A stretch of 43,178 bases of DNA, taken from NCBI GenBank assembly GCA_038227875.1, contig JBBRPR010000067.1:1-43178 (forward strand), in the 5' to 3' direction. Below the pieces are notes generated by a model. It worked only from the letters and a program-made list of their open reading frames with translations. It did no database searches and was not told where the DNA came from. Every line of letters begins with the position of its first letter. Position 1 is the first letter of the stretch. Positions 35,800 to 43,178 of this stretch are shown piece after piece. A program made the position numbers and the translations under genes. The stretch is from Planctomycetota bacterium (lineage in GTDB: Bacteria; Planctomycetota; SZUA-567; H5-PLA8).

Positions 35800-36330
35800 T
35801 CAGGCGGACAGTTCGCTTCGCAGTCGGTTCATTACGTGATTGAGGCGATACGAGATGCTCTGCTGCGGCGCGCCGATGGCCGCGCTCATTTTGCGCTGCG
35901 ACATGCCGGCCTCGTAATGCAGCGACAGCAGTCTGCGCTCCGAGACCGAAAGCCTGGCCATGACGCTGCGCAACAGCACGTGCGCGTTCTCGCGCTCGGC
36001 AATTTCGCAGGGGGAATCGGCGATGCGAACCAGGCGCAGCGCGGTGGCGTTTTCGGCGCGCTTCTTTTCGCGCTGACGCGATTTCATCAGCCGCAAACTT
36101 TCGCGAGCCACGATCCGAAGCACCCAGCCGCGCACGTTTCCAAAATGCAGCGACGCCGCGGAACGCCAGACGCGCAACATCGCTTCCTGCACGGCGTCCT
36201 CGGCCAGCGCACGGTCTTCCGTCAGGCGCAGCGCCAAACCCAGCGCGGCGACGGCGTGCGCTTCGTAGAGATCCGAGAAGACGTCCGGCGCAATACTCTC
36301 GCGTGTTTCCAGCGACTCATTCGCAATCAT
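35800..36330 (-). CDS. ECF-type sigma-70 factor (stand-alone)
   Basis: Likely start MIANES; LAEDAVQEAMLRVW, GWVLRIVAR, LSVSERRLLSLHYEAGMSQRKMS..IG.PQQSISYRL. Confidence 0.85.
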   Translation of the reverse strand: MIANESLETRESIAPDVFSDLYEAHAVAALGLALRLTEDRALAEDAVQEAMLRVWRSAASLHFGNVRGWVLRIVARESLRLMKSRQREKKRAENATALRLVRIADSPCEIAERENAHVLLRSVMARLSVSERRLLSLHYEAGMSQRKMSAAIGAPQQSISYRLNHVMNRLRSELSA

Positions 36331-36365
36331 GGCGCGACTCCAATCCAAGGTGAACCCCTGCCACG

Positions 36366-36698
36366 TCAGCGGCACGCATGAACGTTCTTCGGATTCAAGG
36401 GCGTCTGGCCGTTTTGCTGAACGACCTCCCGCCGCAAACTTCCGCCAGGAAGAAAAAGGTCCTCGCGCTCTTTGGCACCCAGACGGATCAGCAGATCGTG
36501 CATGAGACAGCGGTCGGTCAGCGACGTAATCACCAGGCTCGACGACAGCAGCAGCGCGCCGCCGAACCACGCGGCGTGATGCGCCAGCCCCAGCACCGTC
36601 AGCACGAGGATCGCGGCACCCGACAGCAACCGGCCCCAGCGATCCACGCTCCACGGCCGCGTCTGTTCGGTGCTGGCTCGGGGACGGTTGCTCTTCAT
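36366..36698 (-). CDS. DUF2892 / YgaP-like membrane protein
   Basis: WSVDRWGRLLSG, two TM helices, SLTDRCLMHDLLIRLG. Confidence 0.75.
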   Translation of the reverse strand: MKSNRPRASTEQTRPWSVDRWGRLLSGAAILVLTVLGLAHHAAWFGGALLLSSSLVITSLTDRCLMHDLLIRLGAKEREDLFLPGGSLRREVVQQNGQTPLNPKNVHACR

Positions 36699-36826
36699 CT
36701 GGGTTTCGCGTGTGTCGATCACATGCCACCTCCTGCGGAAAGACAACGAGGCTCCGCGGCCGCGCCGTGCGGCTGCTTCTGCTTTCGGTTTCACACGAAT
36801 CTTCTGCGCGGGCGCAGTGAAACGCC

Positions 36827-38236
36827 TTAATGCGGGCTGGCTACAACCGGCTCGCCGTGCTCGTCGAAGTTCTTTGGCTTGCCCATTTGCTGAATCAGTT
36901 TCGGAATGTCTTTCAACTCGTCCGGGATTTCCGCTGGAGTCAGTGAATGAACGTCAATCTCCTCGACGTTCAGCTTTCTGAAACTCAAGGCAATCTTGCG
37001 AGAAGGATAAGGCGTGGGCGCTTCGATTACGCTGCTGAGATTTCCGTTCCACTCGCACACCAGGTAGCGATCAATGAAATAAAGCCTCGTCTCCATGTGG
37101 AAAGGCGGATCCGTTCGAAACTTTTTGTAGTCAAGCCATTGACGCGTGGGCACCGTCAAGCGATTGTTCATCCAGAGCGCCGTCATGGCAAATTCACCGC
37201 TCACGTCCTGCATGGCAGAGACCTTGATAACAATCGGATGACGCGGAAGGGAGAGTGGTAACGGAATCAGCAATCCAGGATCGGTGGGGGATACCATCTC
37301 ACCGCCGTGGGCTGTTGCCCGCCACGTCCACTGTTTTTGCATCGGTACCAAGTCGGCGGCAGGCCCCTTTTCGAACGTCCACTTCGCGTGAATCGGCGCG
37401 TCTTCCATCTGCGCGGCCGCGACGGGAGCCGACTGAACTGTGGGCGCGGAACGCTGCGTCCACATCCACGCGCCGCATGCGCCGCCGCCCAGCACCACGA
37501 TCAGCGTGAGCGCCGCGCCGGCGCTTGAGTACCAGGACCGCCGCGCCAGTTTCCGCATCGCGCGACTGCCGGACATTTCAATGCGCTGCGCCAGCCCCTC
37601 CACCATGCCCGGTGGGCACGGGTGTCCGGTGGTCATTGCCTCGTGGATGCCTTCGGCGCTCAGCAGCGGAATCACCGCCGCAACGCCGATCCTGGTCAGG
37701 TTCGAACGCAGGCGCTGGCAGATCTGTTGCAGTTTTTCACTGACGCTCGCCTGCGACAGGCCCAGCAGTGCCCCGACCTTGCGGTGCGGCATATTTGCGC
37801 CGTAACAACAGGTCAGCAGATCGCGTTCGACTTCCGACAGTCCTTCAATGTGGCGCCGTAGAATGGCGATCAGTTCTTTTCGTTCCAGGTCCACGCCGAC
37901 ACTCACGGGCGTGTCCGTTCCGCTTCGCTCCATGGCAGCGTTTTCCTCTCGCTGAGTACGCCGTCGCTGGCTTCGTTTGAGCGTCAGGCTTTTTCCCGCC
38001 ACGATGGCCAGAACCCATCCGCGCACATTTCCGTCGGGCAGGCTGGATTTTTTCGAAAGCCAGATGGATAGCATGGTCTCTTGGACGATATCTTCGGCCT
38101 GCTGTGAATTGTTCAGAAACTTGTACGCCAGATTGAAGGCGTGGGCCTGATGCCGCTCAAACAATTCCTTGAACGCCGCTCCGTCCCGACGGAGGACAAT
38201 GGCTTCCAAAAGAGCATTGTCGTCGCGCGCGTCCAT
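36827..38236 (-). CDS. ECF sigma factor with TM helix and extracytoplasmic C-terminal domain
   Basis: Likely start MDARDD; AFKELFERH, AEDIVQETMLSIW, GNVRGWVLAIV, region-4 helix-turn-helix, TM AALTLIVVLGGGACGAWMW. Confidence 0.85.
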   Translation of the reverse strand: MDARDDNALLEAIVLRRDGAAFKELFERHQAHAFNLAYKFLNNSQQAEDIVQETMLSIWLSKKSSLPDGNVRGWVLAIVAGKSLTLKRSQRRRTQREENAAMERSGTDTPVSVGVDLERKELIAILRRHIEGLSEVERDLLTCCYGANMPHRKVGALLGLSQASVSEKLQQICQRLRSNLTRIGVAAVIPLLSAEGIHEAMTTGHPCPPGMVEGLAQRIEMSGSRAMRKLARRSWYSSAGAALTLIVVLGGGACGAWMWTQRSAPTVQSAPVAAAQMEDAPIHAKWTFEKGPAADLVPMQKQWTWRATAHGGEMVSPTDPGLLIPLPLSLPRHPIVIKVSAMQDVSGEFAMTALWMNNRLTVPTRQWLDYKKFRTDPPFHMETRLYFIDRYLVCEWNGNLSSVIEAPTPYPSRKIALSFRKLNVEEIDVHSLTPAEIPDELKDIPKLIQQMGKPKNFDEHGEPVVASPH

Positions 38237-38510
38237 GTTCCCGCCATCCGCACCGGGCCGGCCAGACTGGGTCAGCCTTGCAACTCTTGCCGATCCAGCC
38301 ATGAGCCCCGCCATCGGTATTGCTCCTGCATCCATACTTTTAATGCCGCCCGCGCGGCGGTGATCGGAAGAATCTGAAAATAATTGTGAATTGAAAAATA
38401 GATCCCGGGCGGCTCACCCGGAGTCACAGATTTATCGGCGGAAGTATATTGTCGTTGGATGTTGTGAAGCGACTAGGTTCCTGCTGTCGCGATAAACTAC
38501 AAACGGCCCC

Positions 38511-39638
38511 TCACTTCCCCGCTCGATACGCGTAGGTATGCCCGCCGGCAATGAAGACAAACACCTTGTCCGCCGGATCGTAAGCCAGGCAGTGGAACGT
38601 CATCGTGCCCGGCTGCACGCCCTTGATCTCTTCCGACGTCCACGCGCTCGTCGCGGGATTGAAACTGTAGAACTTGTTCGCGTTCACGCCGCCGCTGATC
38701 ACCTTGCGCTCCTTGTCGAAGACGAACCCGCACTCCGCGTTGGGTGGCGCTGTTCCTGTGACCGTCATTTTCGAGATCTTCGACTTCGCAAAATCTGTCC
38801 GGTTCATCTCCAGCGACCACACTTCCATCGACGCCGGAACCGCGTACATGCGCTGGTCGATGGGGCAATAGACCAGCGTCCCGGAGTAGCCTGTCACTTT
38901 GTACTTGTCCTGAATGTCGTCGAGAATCACCTGCGACTTGCGCGTCTCGGCATCGAAGAGAAATACTTTCTGCCCCATCACCGCCAGGATCTTCTTCGAG
39001 ACCGGATCGTACTCCGAAACGCCGCCATATCCGCCGAACGGCACTGCAAATGCTTCCCACTTGCCCGTCGCGAAATCGTACGCACCAGCCGCTCCACCAA
39101 AGTAGCCGATGCCCGGCGCGACGCTCGACGGTCCGCAACCGTCGCGAAGCAGCAGGAACTCCTTGCGATGATCCGGGACGATCAGAAAATCGTAGGTGTG
39201 GCGCGCCGCGGGGCGCGGATACGGTCCCTCGCCGCCGCTTTTCCAGAATCCCTTATCCATGTTCTCCGGCTTGTAGAACTTCTGCGGCGTAGGCTTGTAC
39301 AATGCCTTCCATTGCAGAGTCTCGAAACTGAACGCGTAGATCGTGTCCGTGAACGTCGTCGCGTGGCCGCCGCCAAACATCAGGATGCGGTGGTTGTGCG
39401 GATCGTACGTCATGCCGCTGTAGTCGGTGACGCGATTGGCCGAACCGTCACCCTCGCCCTCCGGACTCTCCAGATTCAACGGCCCCAGATCGATCGCCGT
39501 ACCCGGCGCGAGCCCCGCCAATTTCGGATTGGGCCTGGCCGTGGCCGCAGCGGCCGGCGGTGCCGACTGCGCCGCGACGAGAGCCGGCGTCAGAACCAGA
39601 ATCATCAAAACCCAGCGACGAACCTGCAGCAGTGTCAT
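38511..39638 (-). CDS. Secreted Kelch-like beta-propeller protein
   Basis: Signal peptide; YDP..HRILMFGGGH, PAARHTYD, YDFATGKWE, YDPVSKKI, FNPATSAWT, YDPADKVFV; SD GGAGGG. Confidence 0.75.
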   Translation of the reverse strand: MTLLQVRRWVLMILVLTPALVAAQSAPPAAAATARPNPKLAGLAPGTAIDLGPLNLESPEGEGDGSANRVTDYSGMTYDPHNHRILMFGGGHATTFTDTIYAFSFETLQWKALYKPTPQKFYKPENMDKGFWKSGGEGPYPRPAARHTYDFLIVPDHRKEFLLLRDGCGPSSVAPGIGYFGGAAGAYDFATGKWEAFAVPFGGYGGVSEYDPVSKKILAVMGQKVFLFDAETRKSQVILDDIQDKYKVTGYSGTLVYCPIDQRMYAVPASMEVWSLEMNRTDFAKSKISKMTVTGTAPPNAECGFVFDKERKVISGGVNANKFYSFNPATSAWTSEEIKGVQPGTMTFHCLAYDPADKVFVFIAGGHTYAYRAGK

Positions 39639-39672
39639 GTGAAGCCCTCCTGATCCTACTTATTAAACACCG

Positions 39673-39812
39673 TCATGATTGTCATGAAAGTAGTAAGTTT
39701 TTGAATCTAGACTCATCTAAATTCATACAAATCTATAACTTCAATTTACTTCCATTGATGTTTTTAAACTTTTCAGATGACTATTGTGTTATTTATGTCA
39801 TTAATAAGACAT
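39673..39812. promoter_or_regulatory. AT-rich divergent promoter region with candidate operators
   Basis: TCATGATTGTCATGA (39673-39687) and ATGTCATTAATAAGACAT (39795-39812, overlapping the regulator start codon). Confidence 0.5.
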
Positions 39813-40917
39813 GAGTGCCGATGATTTCAACCGCGATGTCCAAGCCTTTAAGGAACGCCTGCGAACGATGATCGCGCGCGCCGAGCTCTCTGAAGGCGTG
39901 CGCATCGACGAACCGCTGCTGCGCCACGAGACCGGCGTCACCGTCCGCGCCGCGCGTCAGGCGCTGAGCGAATTGGCGCGCGAAGGACTGATCGTCCGCA
40001 AGCCGCACGTGGGCACGTTTGTCTCGGGAAGATTGCCCGGCGCGGCCTTCGCCGTGCTGCCGAAGTTGCGCTCGGTGGGAATTCTCAGCAGCCGCTCGCA
40101 ATCGTTCTTCGCGACCTCGACGTTTGGCTACACGATCATGCGCGGCGTGGAAGCGAGTCTTCATGCGCCCATGCACATCTCCTTTTTCGTTCACGCCGAA
40201 ACGCGTCCGATGTCGCTGGACGACCTGCCACTGACAGAGACCGATACGATCAAGCGTTCGTGTCAGGGCTTGCTGGCGATCGAAGCCAATCACGCCTCGC
40301 GCCTTAACGAAATTGCCGGCAACGGCGTGGCCGTGGTGGCGATCGATTTCAATGCGCCCGGCGCCGCGTTCGACGTCGTTGAAGTCGACCACTTTTCCGC
40401 CGGATACCAGACGACGCGCCACCTGATCGCGCTCGGTCACCGGCGCATCGCTTTTATCGGCGAAGCCGCGATGCCGGAATCCACCGACCCGACCTGGCAG
40501 TCGCGCCTCAGCGGCTACATCCGCGCGATGCTCGAAGCGGGCTTGGAAGTCTCGCAGGAGACGATCCTGGGCATGGGCCGATCGGACCGCCGCATTCCCG
40601 CCTTGCTGCCGCCATTTCACCAGCGCTGCCAACCGACCGCGTATGTCCTCTGCAGCGGCGGCCTGGCCCCCATTGCTTCCCGCACGCTTTCGGAGCTCGG
40701 TTTGAACGTCCCGGCTGACATCAGCTTCGCCGCCGCCGACAGTTCCCTCCTCGATCTCAACGCCGTTCCGTTATCGCAAGCGCGTGTGGATTACGAATTG
40801 CTCGGCCGCAGCGCCATCCGCCTGCTGGCCTCCCGCCTGGCCTGCAAAGCCATGCCTCCGCTGCACGTGACCCAGCCCGTCGGCTTTGTTCCCGGAGCCA
40901 CCAGCCGCGCGCGATAG
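39811..40917 (+). CDS. GntR-type wHTH + LacI-type periplasmic-binding-fold transcriptional regulator
   Basis: GVTVRAARQALSELAREGLIVRKPHVGTFV; VDHFSAGYQTTRHLIALGHRRIAFIG, RLSGY, LGLNVPADISF. Confidence 0.9.
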   Translation: MSADDFNRDVQAFKERLRTMIARAELSEGVRIDEPLLRHETGVTVRAARQALSELAREGLIVRKPHVGTFVSGRLPGAAFAVLPKLRSVGILSSRSQSFFATSTFGYTIMRGVEASLHAPMHISFFVHAETRPMSLDDLPLTETDTIKRSCQGLLAIEANHASRLNEIAGNGVAVVAIDFNAPGAAFDVVEVDHFSAGYQTTRHLIALGHRRIAFIGEAAMPESTDPTWQSRLSGYIRAMLEAGLEVSQETILGMGRSDRRIPALLPPFHQRCQPTAYVLCSGGLAPIASRTLSELGLNVPADISFAAADSSLLDLNAVPLSQARVDYELLGRSAIRLLASRLACKAMPPLHVTQPVGFVPGATSRAR

Positions 40918-40925
40918 ACAGTTTA

Positions 40926-41366
40926 TCAGCCTGGACCACCCGCGCCGACGTACGCTGCGAGCATCTCAAGGTCCGCGCGCTCATCGCGAATGCGCCTGAG
41001 CAGCATGTTCCGGATCGACGCCACACCCAGGACACGCCGTTGGGCGTCGACAATGGGCAGATAGCGGATCCGGTCGCGATACATCATTTGAAGACCCTCG
41101 ATGATGCTGGTCGTCGGCGATGCCGTGACAGCCGGCGCGGACATGACCGTCCCGAGAACAGTGCGGGCCGGATCCAGGCCCAGCGCCGACACCCGGATCA
41201 AATTGTCCCGCTCCGAAAATACGCCGAGCAGTTTGCCCTGCGTGTCGACGACCAGCAGTACGCCCACGCCTTCATCTTTCATCAGCTGCGCGGCGGCTTT
41301 GACGGTCATTTCAGAAGTGCCCACGATGGCCGGCGATCGTGCAATTTTAATCAGGTCCATGTACAT
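40926..41366 (-). CDS. CBS-domain pair protein
   Basis: Start MYMDL after SD GAGGAGG; TVKAAAQLM..GVGVLLVVD..GKLLGVFSERD, RIRYLPIVD..RVLGV.SIRN. Confidence 0.9.
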   Translation of the reverse strand: MYMDLIKIARSPAIVGTSEMTVKAAAQLMKDEGVGVLLVVDTQGKLLGVFSERDNLIRVSALGLDPARTVLGTVMSAPAVTASPTTSIIEGLQMMYRDRIRYLPIVDAQRRVLGVASIRNMLLRRIRDERADLEMLAAYVGAGGPG

Positions 41367-41373
41367 GGCCTCC

Positions 41374-43038
41374 TCAAAGACGTTTCGCGACGTTGGCCAG
41401 CAGTTTCTCATGGCTTTTTTCATACAAGGCGATGCGCTTCTTGGTCTCCACCACGCTGTCTGGATTCAGGGAGATGGAATCGATGCCCGCCTCGACCAGG
41501 AACTCCGCGAACTCCGGGTAATCGCTGGGCGCCTGCCCACAGATGCCCACCTTGCGTCCAGCCTTGTGTGCCGCGGTGATGACAGTGCGGATCATGATCT
41601 TGACGGCTTCGTTTCGCTCGTCGAACAGGTACGCCAGGTCCGCCGAATCGCGGTCCACGCCCAGCACCAGTTGGGTCAAATCATTGGAACCGATCGAGAA
41701 TCCATCAAAGCGTTCAGCAAATTCGTGAGCGAGGATCACGTTTGAAGGGATCTCGCACATGACATACACCTGCAGCCCGTTTTCGCCGCGGCGGAGACCA
41801 TTGCGGGCCAGTTCCTTGTGAACGTCATCCGCTTCCTGAATGGTGCGGCAGAATGGAATCATCATGATGATATTGGAGAAGCCCATCTCTTCGCGGGCCT
41901 TCTTGATCGCCTTGCATTCCAGCGCAAAACCGTCGCGGTATTTGGGACTGTAGTACCGGGACGCGCCGCGGAATCCGATCATCGGGTTCTCTTCGCTCGA
42001 TTCGAAGGGCTGGCCGCCAATCAGATTCGCGTATTCATTGGTCTTAAAATCACTCATTCTTACGATGACAGGTTCTGGATACTGCGACGCGGCAATCCGG
42101 GCGATGCCGCGTGAAAGCTGATCGACGAAGTACTCGCTCATGTCCTCATAACCGCGTGTAAGCGTTAAAATCCGCTGCCGCACCGCTTGATCCTTAATCT
42201 GGTCGAAATGAATCAAGGCCATGGGATGAACCTGAATCAAATTACTGATGATGAATTCCATGCGCGCCAGACCGATGCCCTTGCAGGGCAGCTTCCACCA
42301 ACGAAACGCTTCCTCGGGGCTGGCGATATTCATCATGATTTGTGTGGTTGTCTGCGGTATGGCGGACAGATCCACGTCCGTCACTTCGAAGGGTAGAATT
42401 CCCTCATACACGTGCCCCTGATCGCCTTCCGCGCACGACAGGGTCACGCTCTGCCCGTTGACCAGCAATTGAGTTCCATGGCTCGTGCCCACCAACGCGG
42501 GAATTCCCAATTCGCGGCTGACAATCGCGGCGTGGCAGGTTCGCCCGCCAAAATCCGTCACGATTCCGGCCACCTTTCTCATCACGGGCACCCAATCGGG
42601 ATCGGTCATTTCGGTAACCAGAATTGAACCGGGTTGAACCTTATCAATGTCGCGCGGATTCAAGACGCGGCACACCTTGCCTGTTGCCACCGCGCTGCCG
42701 ATGCCGACGCCCGTGACCAGACAACGCGAACGGCCTTTCAGTTTGTATGTTTTGAACGGATGACTGGCGCTCTGGGATTGCACGGTTTCAGGACGCGCCT
42801 GGACGATAAACAATTCGTTTGTATTTCCGTCTTTCGCCCACTCGATATCCATCGGTCTTTTGTAATGTTTTTCAATATCGCACGCCCAACGCGCCAATTG
42901 TACAATTTCTCCATCATTGAGGACGAACGTGCGGCGCTTCTTTTCGGACGTCGCGGTATTCAGCGTGGCTTTGCTGCCGCCGGTTGCATAGATCAGCGTA
43001 TGGGCCTTCTCACCGAGTTTCTTGTCGACGATCGGCAT
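41374..43038 (-). CDS. ppsA: Phosphoenolpyruvate synthase, 5'-truncated (lacks most of the N-terminal nucleotide-binding domain)
   Basis: PMDIEWAKDG, IVQARPETV, TDPDW, GGRTCHAAIVSRELG (phospho-His), GIGLARMEF, RMSDFKTNEY, ENPMIGFRG, FSIGSNDLTQ, GICGQAPSD; homology starts at MPIVDKKLG, in-frame TGA at 43170-43168. Confidence 0.88.
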   Translation of the reverse strand: MPIVDKKLGEKAHTLIYATGGSKATLNTATSEKKRRTFVLNDGEIVQLARWACDIEKHYKRPMDIEWAKDGNTNELFIVQARPETVQSQSASHPFKTYKLKGRSRCLVTGVGIGSAVATGKVCRVLNPRDIDKVQPGSILVTEMTDPDWVPVMRKVAGIVTDFGGRTCHAAIVSRELGIPALVGTSHGTQLLVNGQSVTLSCAEGDQGHVYEGILPFEVTDVDLSAIPQTTTQIMMNIASPEEAFRWWKLPCKGIGLARMEFIISNLIQVHPMALIHFDQIKDQAVRQRILTLTRGYEDMSEYFVDQLSRGIARIAASQYPEPVIVRMSDFKTNEYANLIGGQPFESSEENPMIGFRGASRYYSPKYRDGFALECKAIKKAREEMGFSNIIMMIPFCRTIQEADDVHKELARNGLRRGENGLQVYVMCEIPSNVILAHEFAERFDGFSIGSNDLTQLVLGVDRDSADLAYLFDERNEAVKIMIRTVITAAHKAGRKVGICGQAPSDYPEFAEFLVEAGIDSISLNPDSVVETKKRIALYEKSHEKLLANVAKRL

Positions 43039-43178
43039 GTCGGGAATCACGTACTTCAGCGCTGTGAGTCTCAGATAAATCGGCGCGGGAAAGTGTGAAC
43101 GGCGCGGATTGATTCTCAAAATATATGGCGTTATGAATCGCGTGACGGTGCCGCAGCCGGAATAGAATCAGATTGTAC

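Noticed and set aside
34912..36381. Long antisense ORFs (e.g. 34912..36381, 12011..13411, 5010..6182, 38538..39653)
   Set aside because: Shadow ORFs opposite well-supported genes, expected with high-GC codon usage; no recognisable motifs.
1..43178. Genome-wide reassignment of TAG
   Set aside because: Several intact genes end at TAG at their expected C-termini and no other gene shows internal TAGs.

Overview
GC-rich bacterial chromosomal region. The gene repertoire (several ECF sigma factors with TM/extracytoplasmic fusions, prenyltransferase/squalene-oxidase-repeat proteins, WD40/NHL/PKD surface proteins) suggests a Planctomycetota-like organism; this is inference. It holds about 30 CDSs, tRNA-Phe(GAA), two copies of a ~97-bp MITE/REP-like element and an array of palindromes. 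The most striking locus is 20272-21583 on the minus strand, a candidate amber(UAG)-gated cassette. An atypical 76-nt tRNA with a CUA anticodon lies directly upstream of a leader with two SD-preceded mini-ORFs that both end in CTC-TAG. One precedes an intrinsic terminator; the other precedes a hairpin that sequesters the SD of the next gene. Then come a 174-aa hypothetical gene and a PTH2-like peptidyl-tRNA hydrolase gene broken by a single in-frame TAG. Other notable points: a divergent pair of paralogous porins, a frameshifted secreted protein that may share a domain with a large NHL/cadherin/PKD adhesin, an ECF sigma fusion with an internal SD and signal peptide, and a 5'-truncated PEP synthase. 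All calls were made by eye; no database searches were run.
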